Origin: Pseudomonadota bacterium
GTDB lineage: Bacteria; Myxococcota; JACRCW01; JAFGSX01
Reading direction: 5' to 3'
Assembly: GCA_043821645.1 (NCBI GenBank)
Contig: JBDRCO010000023.1
Coordinates: 128,001-192,000, forward strand
Length of the DNA: 64,000 nucleotides
The position numbers were made by a program, and so were the translations under genes. A model generated the notes under the pieces. It made no database searches, was not told the DNA's origin, and saw only the letters and a list, made by a program, of their open reading frames with translations. Shown in pieces: positions 47,638 to 56,890 of the stretch (positions within the stretch are counted from its first letter, which is position 1; each line of letters starts with the position of its first letter).

Positions 47638-48165
47638 TCAGCCGCGGTCCGGACAGGTCGGGGGAGCGCAGGTGGTCTCGTCGACACAGATGCCGCCGCA
47701 GTCGGCGCCACCGTGGGCGGGATCGCAGTTGTCCGCCTGGTCGTCGACGCAGAGGAAACCCTCGGCGCAGGGCCTGGCTGCGAATCCACCGCAGAACGCG
47801 TAGCTCGGGCAGGTGCGGATCTCCCAGCCACAGGTGCCACTGGCATTGCGGTAGCAGTCACCGGGACCACCCAAGGTGCCGTCGGAGCACAGGGTGTTGG
47901 GCATGCCCGGGGCAGGCCCGCACTCGGCCTGGGTGCAGGGCTCGGGGCAGGTGATGATCTCCCAGCCACAGCTTCCGTCGGCATGGCGCACGCAGTCCCC
48001 GGGCCCGGCGACAGTGCCGTCGGCGCACAGGGTGTTGGGCATGCCCAGTGGCGGGCCGCACTCGTCCGGTCCGCAGGTGGTCGGGGGCTCGGGCTGGCAC
48101 TCGCCGGCGAACAGGAAGGCGCAGCCGAACAGGGTCAGGCCAGCCAGGGTGCATCGCTTGAACAT
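47638..48165 (-). CDS. Cys-rich secreted/lipoprotein with two 46-aa repeats
   Basis: AGGGAGG RBS, signal peptide, two ECGP..GMPNTLC.DGT..GPGDC.R...G.CGWEI.TCP repeats, then a CGG...C.DD..D.CDP..GGADC.GIC module. Confidence 0.8.
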   Translation of the reverse strand: MFKRCTLAGLTLFGCAFLFAGECQPEPPTTCGPDECGPPLGMPNTLCADGTVAGPGDCVRHADGSCGWEIITCPEPCTQAECGPAPGMPNTLCSDGTLGGPGDCYRNASGTCGWEIRTCPSYAFCGGFAARPCAEGFLCVDDQADNCDPAHGGADCGGICVDETTCAPPTCPDRG

Positions 48166-48449
48166 GACATCCTCCCTTGGGTCCATGCGCACGCAGGTTC
48201 GCGATCCTTATGCATGTCGCCACGAATTTGGCCAGGAGCGGCTCGCGCGCTCCCGGCGGGTGCCAGCTCTCGGCGCAGCCGGCAGCCGAGCATGCACCGC
48301 AGACCGTCCTGGGGTCCTCGCCTCGCGTGCCCTGCCGGACGGCGGAGGTGCGCCACCCACCTGGCGCAGAGACTCGTGGTACAACGGGGGCGGAATCGCT
48401 CAGCGCGCGCGGGAGCAGTGCGAGGACCGCGCGCAGGGTGGCGAGCGCC

Positions 48450-49385
48450 ATGTCCCAGTGCAGCGTCAGGATATCGGGACTGAGCAAGCGCTATGGCGAT
48501 CTCATCGCCGTGGACAGGCTTGACCTCGAGGTCGGCGCGGGCGAGATCCTCGGCTTCCTGGGGCCCAACGGCGCCGGCAAGACCACCACCCTGCAGATGA
48601 TGTGCGGCCTGCTGAAGCCCGATGCTGGAAGCGTCGAGCTCGAGGGGCGCGTGCTCACCGCCGGCCAGGGCGTGCCCAGCATCGGGGTGTCGCCGCAGAA
48701 CCTGGTGATCTGGAACACCCTGACCTGCCAGGAGCAGCTCGAGTTCGTGGGTCGCATGTACGATCTGTCGTATCGCGACGCACGGCAGCGCGCCCGGCGC
48801 TTGCTCGGGGACTTCGGCCTGCAGGACAAGGCCCGCCGACTGGGTCGGACCCTGTCCGGAGGCATGCAGCGTCGGCTCAACATCGCGCTTGCCCTGGTGC
48901 ACGGTCCTCACATCCTGTTTCTCGACGAGCCCCAGGCTGGCCTCGATCCCCAGAGTCGCGTCCTGGTGCGCGAGTACCTGCAATCGCTGCGCGGCCGCAT
49001 GACCGTGATCGTCACCACCCACGACATGGAGGAGGCGGCCAAGCTAAGCGATCGCGTGTGCGTCCTGGATCACGGGCGCTTGCTCGCCCTGGATACGGTG
49101 ACGGGAATCCTGCAGGGCCATGGCGAGGGAGCACTCACCTCCATCGTCATCGGCTGCGACGCTGCCGATGCCCGCCTGGCCAACCTGGAGTCACAGATCA
49201 CCGCGAGCGGGTGGAGACGACATGGCAATGAGCTGCGCCAGCTCGGACCGACCCGGGCCAGCGCGGTGGCCGAGGTGCTGCAGATCATCGCGCGCGAAGA
49301 TCTCGAGGTGACGGGGATTCACACGCGCGAGACCACCCTGGAGGACGTGTTCCTGGCACTCACCGGCAGGAGCCTGCGCGAATGA
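48450..49385 (+). CDS. ABC transporter ATP-binding protein
   Basis: GPNGAGKTT, LSGGMQRR, LDEP and TTH motifs. Confidence 0.95.
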   Translation: MSQCSVRISGLSKRYGDLIAVDRLDLEVGAGEILGFLGPNGAGKTTTLQMMCGLLKPDAGSVELEGRVLTAGQGVPSIGVSPQNLVIWNTLTCQEQLEFVGRMYDLSYRDARQRARRLLGDFGLQDKARRLGRTLSGGMQRRLNIALALVHGPHILFLDEPQAGLDPQSRVLVREYLQSLRGRMTVIVTTHDMEEAAKLSDRVCVLDHGRLLALDTVTGILQGHGEGALTSIVIGCDAADARLANLESQITASGWRRHGNELRQLGPTRASAVAEVLQIIAREDLEVTGIHTRETTLEDVFLALTGRSLRE

Positions 49386-50557
49386 GAGTCCTCGCTTACC
49401 TGCACAAGACCTTCTTGGAGAACCTGCGCGAGTGGAAGGTGCTGTCCTTTGCCCTCGTATTCGCGCCGGCCTTCGTCTTCATGATGTACGGCTACTACAA
49501 CGCGGCGTCTTCATCCTACGCCCTGCTCGTGCTCGACGGGGACCGCTCCCGGGAGGCCCCGGGTCCTGGCGCTGAGGTCGAGGTCCTGCTCTCGGCCCTG
49601 CGCGAGGCGAAGCACGCGGACGGCGTGCCGCTGTTCGTCGTAAATGAGGTGCGGGATCTGGAGGCGGCGCGTGCACGCGTTCGCCAGCGCAGCGCGGATC
49701 TTCTGGTCGAGATCCCGGCCGGTTTTGCGGCGGCGGTGAGGGCTTTTCGCGACGGCCAGAGCTCCGAACCCGCCCACCTGGTTCACCACAGCGACGACAA
49801 AAACCTGCGCGGGTCCATGGCCATGGCGCTGTCCGACTACGTGCTCTACACCACCCTCACCGAGGTCACCCGGGCCAGACTCCCGCTCGCCGTGTCCGTG
49901 CAGCCCGTGGGAAGCGGACGCCCGCTGAGCGAGTTTGACCTGTACGTGCCGGCACTGCTGGTGCTGGCCATCATCATGATCCTGTTCACGGCAGCGACCT
50001 CTCTGATCCAGGAGGTGGATCGCGGCACCCTGATGCGACTGTCCCTGTCCCGGCTGAAGCTGTGGGAACTGCTGGCCGCGGTCTCCGCCAACCAGGTGCT
50101 GCTGGGGCTGGTGGCCCTGACCCTCGCCTACCTGGCCGCCCTGTCCTGTGGCTACCGCAGCGAGGGATCGCTGGTCGTCCTGCTCGTGGTCGGCGCCTTG
50201 ACCAGCCTGAGCGTGGTCGCGATCGCGGTGATCACCGCGGCCTTGCTGAGGTCCATGTTCGAACTGCTCACCGTCGGCACTTTTCCCTTCTTCATCCTCA
50301 TGTTCTTTTCCGAGTGCATGTTTCCCCTCCCCAAGCTCCCGGTGGTGCAGATCCTGGGGCACACCCTGTACGCCAACGACGTGCTGCCCACGACGCTGTG
50401 CGTTCGCGCCTTTCAGCAGGTGCTCAACTTCGGTGCCGGGATCCGCGACGTGGGATTCGAGCTGGTCGTCATCGGCCTGCTCACCACCCTGTACTTCGCC
50501 CTGGGTACCTGGCTCTTTTCCCGTCGTCACGGGCGCATGTCAGCCCGGCGGGCGTGA
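49382..50557 (+). CDS. ABC-2 type exporter permease
   Basis: N-terminal TM, extracytoplasmic loop, E...GT..RL and multiple TMs. ATGA overlap with the ATPase gene. Confidence 0.9.
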   Translation: MRVLAYLHKTFLENLREWKVLSFALVFAPAFVFMMYGYYNAASSSYALLVLDGDRSREAPGPGAEVEVLLSALREAKHADGVPLFVVNEVRDLEAARARVRQRSADLLVEIPAGFAAAVRAFRDGQSSEPAHLVHHSDDKNLRGSMAMALSDYVLYTTLTEVTRARLPLAVSVQPVGSGRPLSEFDLYVPALLVLAIIMILFTAATSLIQEVDRGTLMRLSLSRLKLWELLAAVSANQVLLGLVALTLAYLAALSCGYRSEGSLVVLLVVGALTSLSVVAIAVITAALLRSMFELLTVGTFPFFILMFFSECMFPLPKLPVVQILGHTLYANDVLPTTLCVRAFQQVLNFGAGIRDVGFELVVIGLLTTLYFALGTWLFSRRHGRMSARRA

Positions 50558-50601
50558 GCTGAGGGGATGCAGACCGGTGTGACCTTCGACCGCTCGGCTT
50601 C

Positions 50602-51003
50602 TCAGCCCTCGGCCCAGGTCAAGGCCGTGGTCGGACAGAAGGCCGCACAGGTGGGATTGCCCTTGCACAGGTCGCACTTGAGCGCGACCTGGGTGTCTTG
50701 CCGGAAGTACATGGCGCCGAAGGGGCAGGCATACACGCAGGCCTGGCAGCCAAAGCAGCGGTCGTTGACCTCGAGGGCATGGGTGTCGGAGTTGCGGGTG
50801 ATGGCCTCGACCGGGCAGGCCTTGACACAGGCCGCGTCGTCGCATTGCAGGCAGGTCAGGGGCACGGGGACGGTGTCGACCCGCCGCACGTCGATGACGC
50901 GAGGACCAATGGGGCTGGGCGCGCCGGAATGGTAAAAGGCACAGGCCAGCTCGCAGTTGCGGCAGTGGGTGCACTCTGTGGGGCGAACGATGAGTCGCTT
51001 CAT
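50602..51003 (-). CDS. 4Fe-4S dicluster (HydN/CooF/DmsB-like) ferredoxin
   Basis: CTHCRNCELAC, CLQCDDAACVKACP, CFGCQACVYACP and KCDLC...C...CP motifs. Confidence 0.92.
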   Translation of the reverse strand: MKRLIVRPTECTHCRNCELACAFYHSGAPSPIGPRVIDVRRVDTVPVPLTCLQCDDAACVKACPVEAITRNSDTHALEVNDRCFGCQACVYACPFGAMYFRQDTQVALKCDLCKGNPTCAAFCPTTALTWAEG

Positions 51004-51008
51004 CGTGG

Positions 51009-51839
51009 TCACCTCCTCATCGTGCCGCTGGGCAGCGGCGGTGGCGTGCCACCCATGGCCTTGGGCGTGAAGCCCGGGTGGGTCTTGAGCACCACGTCGG
51101 CGAAGGTGCTGGCGGTGCGCTGACGCTTGCAGCTCGGGCACTCCTCGTAATAGCTGGCGTCGAGCCCGCTGCGCCGGACCAGCAGGTCTCTTTCGTCGGC
51201 CGTCATGAAGGGCGCGTGGCAGGTCTTGCAGGTGAGAAGCGCGAACTCGCGCTCCCAGATCCGACGAACCCCCTGTTTCTCCTCGAAGGGAATGCACGCT
51301 GTGGGGCAGATGCGCGCGCAGGCAAAGCAGCCCACGCAGGCCTCGGCCGCACCGCCAAAAGGTGTGGCGATGACCTTGTCGCTGCCGCGCTGGGCCGTGG
51401 TGATGGCGTGGGCACCCACGCGATCACAGGCACGCACACACAGGCCGCACAGGATGCAGTCGTCCGCATCCGTCCGCGGCGTGTAGCTGGTCCTGGCCAC
51501 GCCCGCGTCGCGGGCCATCTGCTGGATCAGGGGTGCGTCCGGGCACCGCGCGAGAAGCAGATCCAGAAGCTGGGCGCGCGTACGGCGCACGCGCTCGCTC
51601 TGGGTGGACACCTGCAAGCCCTCCTCGACGGGATAGAGGCACGAGGTGACCAGCTTGCTCCAGCCGTCCCAGCTCGGACGTGTGATCTCGACCACGCACA
51701 CGCGGCAGGCCCCGACGTCCTCGACCGCGGGGTGGTGGCACAAGGTCGGAATGGGAATGCCTGCGCGCGTGGCGGCATCAAGCAGGGTCTCGCCCTCGCG
51801 CGCCGTCAGCTTGCGGTCGTCAATGTGGAGCGTCACCAT
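51009..51839 (-). CDS. NuoG/HydA N-terminal-like Fe-S protein without catalytic domain
   Basis: PTLCH...GACRVC...SC (2Fe-2S), CILCGLCVRAC, CVGCFACARICP and C-terminal CKTC...CPSC. No H-cluster or Mo/W domain. Confidence 0.88.
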   Translation of the reverse strand: MVTLHIDDRKLTAREGETLLDAATRAGIPIPTLCHHPAVEDVGACRVCVVEITRPSWDGWSKLVTSCLYPVEEGLQVSTQSERVRRTRAQLLDLLLARCPDAPLIQQMARDAGVARTSYTPRTDADDCILCGLCVRACDRVGAHAITTAQRGSDKVIATPFGGAAEACVGCFACARICPTACIPFEEKQGVRRIWEREFALLTCKTCHAPFMTADERDLLVRRSGLDASYYEECPSCKRQRTASTFADVVLKTHPGFTPKAMGGTPPPLPSGTMRR

Positions 51840-53752
51840 CAGATCACCTTGATCGCGTCAAAGGTGCAGGCGCGAATGCACACGCCGCAGTGGGTACAGG
51901 TGTCCTGGTCAATCAGGTGTAGCTGCTGCTTCTCGCCGGCAATGGCGTCGACGGGGCACAGGCGCTTGCACACCAGGCAGCCTGTGCAGCTGTCGAGCAC
52001 CTCGAAGCGGCTGAGCGCGGTGCACACGCCGGCGCGGCAGCGCTTGTGCTCGATGTGTTCGATGTACTCGTCGCGAAAGTACTTCAGCGTCGACATCACC
52101 GGGTTCATGGCCGAGGTGCCCAGTGCACACAGGCTGGCCTCGAGCACGAAGGCGATGTTCTCGATGCTGTCGAGGTCCTCGAGACGACCCTCGCCCCGGC
52201 AGATGCGGTCGAGGATGCCGAGGAGCTGGGTCAATCCCTCTCGGCACGGCACGCATTTGCCGCAGCTCTCCTCGGTGAGGAAGCGCGTGAAGTAGCGGGC
52301 GACGTCCACCATGCAGGTGAAGTCGTCCATGACGATCATGCCGCCCGAGCCCATCATGGCCCCGGCCTTGGTCAAGGAATCAAAGTCGACGTGCAGGTCG
52401 AGGCAGCTCTCGGGCAAGCACCCGCCCGATGGGCCCCCGGTCTGTACGGCCTTGAAGGGGCGCTCGTTCAGGATACCGCCGCCCACATCGTAGATGATGT
52501 GGCGCAGGGTGACGCCCATGGGCACCTCGATGAGGCCCGTGTGCCGCACCGTCCCGGACAGCGAGAAGGCCTTGGTGCCTGGAGATTTCTTGGGGCCGAT
52601 GGACGCGAAGGCCTCGGCTCCGTGCTCGAGGATCCAGGGCACGCAGGTCCAGGTCTCGACGTTGTTGAGCACCGTGGGTTCGTCAAACAGCCCGCGCTCG
52701 ACGCTGCGCACGTACTTGGCGCGCGGTTCACCGACATTGCCGGCGACGCTCTGCATCAGGGCACTGGACTCGCCGCAGACGAAGGCGCCGCCGCCTCGGC
52801 TGATCGTGAGATCGAAACAAAAGCCCGTGCCCAGGATGTCCTCGCCGAGAAGACCGTGGGTGCGCGCGTCGACGATGGCCCTGCCCAGGCGCTCCACGGC
52901 CAGGGGGTACTCCTCCCGCACGTAGATCCAGCCGTGCTGCGAACCCAGGGCGTAGGCGCCGAGGATCATCCCCTCGACCACCGCGTGCGGATCGCCCTCC
53001 ATGATCACGCGGTCCATGAAGGCCCCTGGATCACCCTCGTCACCGTTGCACAGCACGTGGCGCGGCACCTTGCCCTCACCCTCGGCCTCGCGCTTCTCGG
53101 CGGCGGCGATGCAGCTCTTCCACTTGCGGCCCGTGGCAAATCCAGCTCCGCCGCGGCCGCGCAGGCCAGAGCGGTCGACCACCGCGAGCACGTCCGCCGG
53201 CGTCATCGAGGTGAGCGCCTGCACCAGCGCTCGGTACGCGCCGTGGGCGATGGCGTCCTCGATGCTCTCGGGGTCGATGACCCCGCAGTGACGCAGGGTC
53301 AGGCGGTGCTGGTGCTTGTAAAAGGGGATCTCGTCGAAGCGCGCCACGGGCGCACCGGGCTTGGTCTTCTTGCCCGGCTTGGGTTTTGCGAGGGCCACGG
53401 TGGGGCGGTAGGCCAGCTTCTCGTCATAGCCATCGCCCACCACGCTGGCGTCGAGAATGGCGTCCAGCATGGTCGGCTTGACCTTGGGGTACAGCAGGTG
53501 GCCTGGCTCGATGATGACCAGAGGGCCGCGCTCACACAGGCCGTGACAGCCCGTGAGGGTGGTGCGCAGCGTGGTCTGGACGTCGAGCTTGCGCGCGCGG
53601 ATCTTGTCCTGCAGCGCCTGGTAGAGCCGCGCCGAACCGGCCGCCAGGCAGCCGGGGCCGCCGCACACGAGGACGTGCTTCCGGGTCTTGCCCTGCCGCG
53701 CCACGACGCTGTCGCGCCAGGTATCCAGGTCCTTTTGCGTCTGCACCCGCAT
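51839..53752 (-). CDS. NuoF/HydB-like FMN/NAD-binding subunit
   Basis: N-terminal 2Fe-2S domain, GRGGAGF, NGDEGDPGAFMDR, GGPSGG, CGKCVPCREG and C-terminal 2x[4Fe-4S]. Confidence 0.95.
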   Translation of the reverse strand: MRVQTQKDLDTWRDSVVARQGKTRKHVLVCGGPGCLAAGSARLYQALQDKIRARKLDVQTTLRTTLTGCHGLCERGPLVIIEPGHLLYPKVKPTMLDAILDASVVGDGYDEKLAYRPTVALAKPKPGKKTKPGAPVARFDEIPFYKHQHRLTLRHCGVIDPESIEDAIAHGAYRALVQALTSMTPADVLAVVDRSGLRGRGGAGFATGRKWKSCIAAAEKREAEGEGKVPRHVLCNGDEGDPGAFMDRVIMEGDPHAVVEGMILGAYALGSQHGWIYVREEYPLAVERLGRAIVDARTHGLLGEDILGTGFCFDLTISRGGGAFVCGESSALMQSVAGNVGEPRAKYVRSVERGLFDEPTVLNNVETWTCVPWILEHGAEAFASIGPKKSPGTKAFSLSGTVRHTGLIEVPMGVTLRHIIYDVGGGILNERPFKAVQTGGPSGGCLPESCLDLHVDFDSLTKAGAMMGSGGMIVMDDFTCMVDVARYFTRFLTEESCGKCVPCREGLTQLLGILDRICRGEGRLEDLDSIENIAFVLEASLCALGTSAMNPVMSTLKYFRDEYIEHIEHKRCRAGVCTALSRFEVLDSCTGCLVCKRLCPVDAIAGEKQQLHLIDQDTCTHCGVCIRACTFDAIKVI

Positions 53753-53754
53753 GA

Positions 53755-54213
53755 TCAGTTCCTCGCGCCTGGCAGGAGAGCAGGAGCGCTCGCCGGGGTG
53801 ACCGCACCATGCACCTCGTCATCGATCATGACGACGGGCGCCAGGGCACACGCACCCACGCAGTTGACCCCCTCGAGGGTGTGCTTCATGTCCGCGGTGG
53901 TCTCGCCCCGGGCCACGCCCAGAGCCTTCTCGAGCTCCTCGATGACCAGACCGCTGCCCCGCACGTGGCAGGCCGTCCCCGTGCACACCCGCACGCGATG
54001 CTCGCCCCGCGGGGTGAGGCTGAAGGCCTTGTAGAAGGTCGCGATGGCGTAGACCTTGGAGGCTGGCACCTCGAGGTAGTCGGCAGTCGCGCGCAGAGCA
54101 GCCTCGGGCAAATAGCGAAAGTGCTTCTGGAAGTCGTGCAGCAGGCCAACCATGGAGGCGGACTGGCGCGGGTGCTGCTGCAGGATGTTCTCGATGTCCG
54201 CATGGTCGCACAT
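53755..54213 (-). CDS. NuoE/HydC-like 2Fe-2S subunit
   Basis: ATFY..F, CTGTACH and CVGACALAP motifs. Confidence 0.95.
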   Translation of the reverse strand: MCDHADIENILQQHPRQSASMVGLLHDFQKHFRYLPEAALRATADYLEVPASKVYAIATFYKAFSLTPRGEHRVRVCTGTACHVRGSGLVIEELEKALGVARGETTADMKHTLEGVNCVGACALAPVVMIDDEVHGAVTPASAPALLPGARN

Positions 54214-54228
54214 GGGTTCTACCCTCGG

Positions 54229-54771
54229 TCAGGCTTTTGGCTGCACGGCGTCGTGTCCGCGTTGCAGGGCGCGCAGGTTGATGTCGACGATCTTGGGTTT
54301 GTGGCCAAAGGTCTCCTTGATGAGGTGGTGCACGGTCTCCAGCTTGACCGCATGGGTGAGGCCCAGATAGGCGCCCAGAGCCACCATGTTGGCGGCCTTG
54401 CCCGTGCCCTCCTCCATGGCAATGTCATTGCAGGCGACGTGGTGCACCTGGATATCGGTGCGGTCGGTGTCGACGTCGATGAGCGAGGTGTTGATGATGA
54501 GCACGCCGCCAGGCTTGACCCGCGGTCCGAACTTGTCGAGCGAGGGCCGGTTCATCACCACCGCGGCCGTGGGATTCTGGAACACCGGCGAACCGATGGG
54601 CTGGTCCGAGATGACGACGTTGCAGTAGGCGGTGCCCCCGCGCATCTCGGGACCGTAGGAGGGCAACCACACCACCTCGCGACCCTCGTCGAGACCAGCG
54701 TGGGCCAGCAGCTTGCCCGTGAGCAGGATGCCCTGGCCGCCGAAGCCAGCGATGGTGACCTCACGATGCAT
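54229..54771 (-). CDS. 2-oxoacid:ferredoxin oxidoreductase gamma subunit
   Basis: AGFGGQG, PSYGPEMRGG and ANMVALGA motifs. Confidence 0.95.
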   Translation of the reverse strand: MHREVTIAGFGGQGILLTGKLLAHAGLDEGREVVWLPSYGPEMRGGTAYCNVVISDQPIGSPVFQNPTAAVVMNRPSLDKFGPRVKPGGVLIINTSLIDVDTDRTDIQVHHVACNDIAMEEGTGKAANMVALGAYLGLTHAVKLETVHHLIKETFGHKPKIVDINLRALQRGHDAVQPKA

Positions 54772-55528
54772 GCGACACCTCGCGGGCTCCATCCTCGGGT
54801 GTCTTGAACAGGCCGAGCGGATAGGCCGGCACCATGTTCTTGGCAAGCCAGGTGGCCGACTCGGGCGGCGTCAGGCCCCAGTTGGTGGGACAGGTCGACA
54901 GGCACTCGACGAGGGAGAAGCAACGGCCCTCGATCTGGTACTCGAAGGCACGGCGGATGGCGGCCTTGGCGGCCACGCTGTGCATCTCGTCGTGAACCGA
55001 CACCCGCTCCAGGTAGGCCGGCGTCTGCAGGGTCGACAGCAGCTCGACGATGCGGATGGGCCAGCCCGCCTGGTTCACGTCGCGGCCCGCCGGACAGGTG
55101 GTGGTGACCTGACCGGGCAAGGTCGTCGGCGCCATCTGGCCCCCGGTCATGCCGTAGATCGCGTTGTTCACGAAGATGGTGGTGAACTTCTCGCCACGAT
55201 TGGCCGAGTGGACGGTCTCGGCCATGCCGATCGACGCCAGATCGCCATCCCCCTGGTAGCTGAACACGACAAGATCCGGACGAGCGCGCTTGATGCCCGT
55301 GGCCACCGCCGGAGCGCGGCCATGTGCAGCCTCGTGCATGTCACAGTTGAAGTAGTTGTAGGCCAGCACCGAGCAGCCCACGGGCGCCACGCCAACGGTT
55401 CGCTCGCGCACCCCCAGCTCGTCGAGGACCTCGCCCACCATGCGGTGCAGGATGCCGTGGGTACATCCCGGACAGTAGTGGGTCTTGACGTCGACCAGTC
55501 CAGGCGTGTTCTTGAAGACCAGTTCCAT
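54761..55528 (-). CDS. 2-oxoacid:ferredoxin oxidoreductase TPP-binding (beta) subunit, VOR-like
   Basis: YCPGC.HG, GC, HGRA, GDGD...IG, NN.IYGMTGGQ and CPTNW motifs. Confidence 0.95.
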   Translation of the reverse strand: MELVFKNTPGLVDVKTHYCPGCTHGILHRMVGEVLDELGVRERTVGVAPVGCSVLAYNYFNCDMHEAAHGRAPAVATGIKRARPDLVVFSYQGDGDLASIGMAETVHSANRGEKFTTIFVNNAIYGMTGGQMAPTTLPGQVTTTCPAGRDVNQAGWPIRIVELLSTLQTPAYLERVSVHDEMHSVAAKAAIRRAFEYQIEGRCFSLVECLSTCPTNWGLTPPESATWLAKNMVPAYPLGLFKTPEDGAREVSHAS

Positions 55529-55536
55529 GATCGACC

Positions 55537-56637
55537 TCACACGGTTGAGGAGAAGGGATCTCCCAGAACCGTGACCTTCTTGCCGTCAAGCACCTGTCTG
55601 GCCACGTGCAGGACCTCCTCGGGCGAGCACACCATGCCGCCGGCGCGACCGAAGAACGAGATGGGCTGGCGGTCCGACGTCGACAGGCGCACGTCCTCGA
55701 TCATCTGTCCCATGCTCAGCTCGACCACCAGGATGGCCCTGGCCTTCTCAGCACGCGCACGCAGTTCTGCCTCGGCGAAGGGCCACAGGGTGATGGGACG
55801 AAACACGGCCACCTTGCGGCCTTCACGGTTGAGTTCGTCGGCGGTGGTCTTGGAGATGCGCGCCACCGTGCCGTAGGCCACGATGAGCAGGTCCAGGTCG
55901 CCCTCGGCACCGTAGTGTTCGAAGCGCGACTCCTGGCTGGTGATGCGCTCGTACTTGCGACGCAGCATGATGTTGTGCTGCTCGAGTTCCAGCGGATCCA
56001 GGAACAGGGAATTGACGATGTTGGGTGCGCGACCCTTGGCTCCCGTCGTGGCCCAGCTCTTGACCGGCAGGTCGGAGGCACCACGAGGGTTGAACTGCAC
56101 CGGCTCCATCATCTGGCCGATGAGGCCATCGCCCATGACCATCACGGGATTGCGGTAGCGGTCTGCGATGTCAAAGGCATCCATCATCAGATCCGCGGCT
56201 TCCTGCACCGTCGACGGCGCCAGAACGACCATCCGGTAGTCGCCGTGGCCGCCTCCTTTGGTGGCCTGCAGGTAGTCACCCTGCCCGGGCAGGATGCCGC
56301 CCAGGCCAGGCCCTGCCCGCACGATGTTGATGATCACCGCGGGCAGTTCCGAGCCAGCCATGTAGGAGATGCCCTCGGTCATCAGGCTCAGGCCCGGACT
56401 CGAGGTGGAGGTGAACACGCGCGCACCAGCGCCGGCGGCGCCATAAAGCATGTTGACCGAGGCCACCTCGCTCTCGGCCTGAACGAACACACCCCCCACC
56501 TCGGGCAGGCGTTTTGACAGGTACTCGGGCACCTCGGTCTGCGGGGTGATGGGATAGCCGAAGAAGCACAGCGCTCCCGCCTGGATGGCAGCCTCGCCCA
56601 GTGCCTCGCAACCCTTCATCAGCTTCTTGTCGCTCAT
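55537..56637 (-). CDS. 2-oxoacid:ferredoxin oxidoreductase alpha subunit (3-methyl-2-oxobutanoate dehydrogenase VorB-like)
   Basis: GYPITPQTE, QAESE, TSSPG and R.GPGLG..Q.DY...KGGGHGD motifs. Confidence 0.95.
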   Translation of the reverse strand: MSDKKLMKGCEALGEAAIQAGALCFFGYPITPQTEVPEYLSKRLPEVGGVFVQAESEVASVNMLYGAAGAGARVFTSTSSPGLSLMTEGISYMAGSELPAVIINIVRAGPGLGGILPGQGDYLQATKGGGHGDYRMVVLAPSTVQEAADLMMDAFDIADRYRNPVMVMGDGLIGQMMEPVQFNPRGASDLPVKSWATTGAKGRAPNIVNSLFLDPLELEQHNIMLRRKYERITSQESRFEHYGAEGDLDLLIVAYGTVARISKTTADELNREGRKVAVFRPITLWPFAEAELRARAEKARAILVVELSMGQMIEDVRLSTSDRQPISFFGRAGGMVCSPEEVLHVARQVLDGKKVTVLGDPFSSTV

Positions 56638-56638
56638 G

Positions 56639-56872
56639 TCAGTACTCGAACAGCTTGTACTGGTTACCGTTCAGGCCGACCTGGATCGCACAGTCCGGGC
56701 AGGTGATGGCGCACAACCCGCAGCCTATGCAGCGCGACGGGTCGTTCATCAAGGCCGGGAAGTAGCCCATGACGTTGATCTCCCGCGCCATGCCCAGGAT
56801 GCGCTGCGGACAGGCCACGACACAGCGCTCGCAGCCCTTGCACAACTTGGTATCGATCAGCACCCGCGGCAT
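56639..56872 (-). CDS. 2x[4Fe-4S] ferredoxin (oxidoreductase delta subunit)
   Basis: CKGCERCVVACP and CIGCGLCAITCPD motifs. Confidence 0.93.
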   Translation of the reverse strand: MPRVLIDTKLCKGCERCVVACPQRILGMAREINVMGYFPALMNDPSRCIGCGLCAITCPDCAIQVGLNGNQYKLFEY

Positions 56873-56890
56873 GGCGTGCTCCTTTGCATG

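Noticed and set aside
51009-54213. Respiratory complex I or [FeFe] hydrogenase
   Set aside because: There are no membrane nuo genes and no H-cluster motifs in the NuoG/HydA-like subunit.
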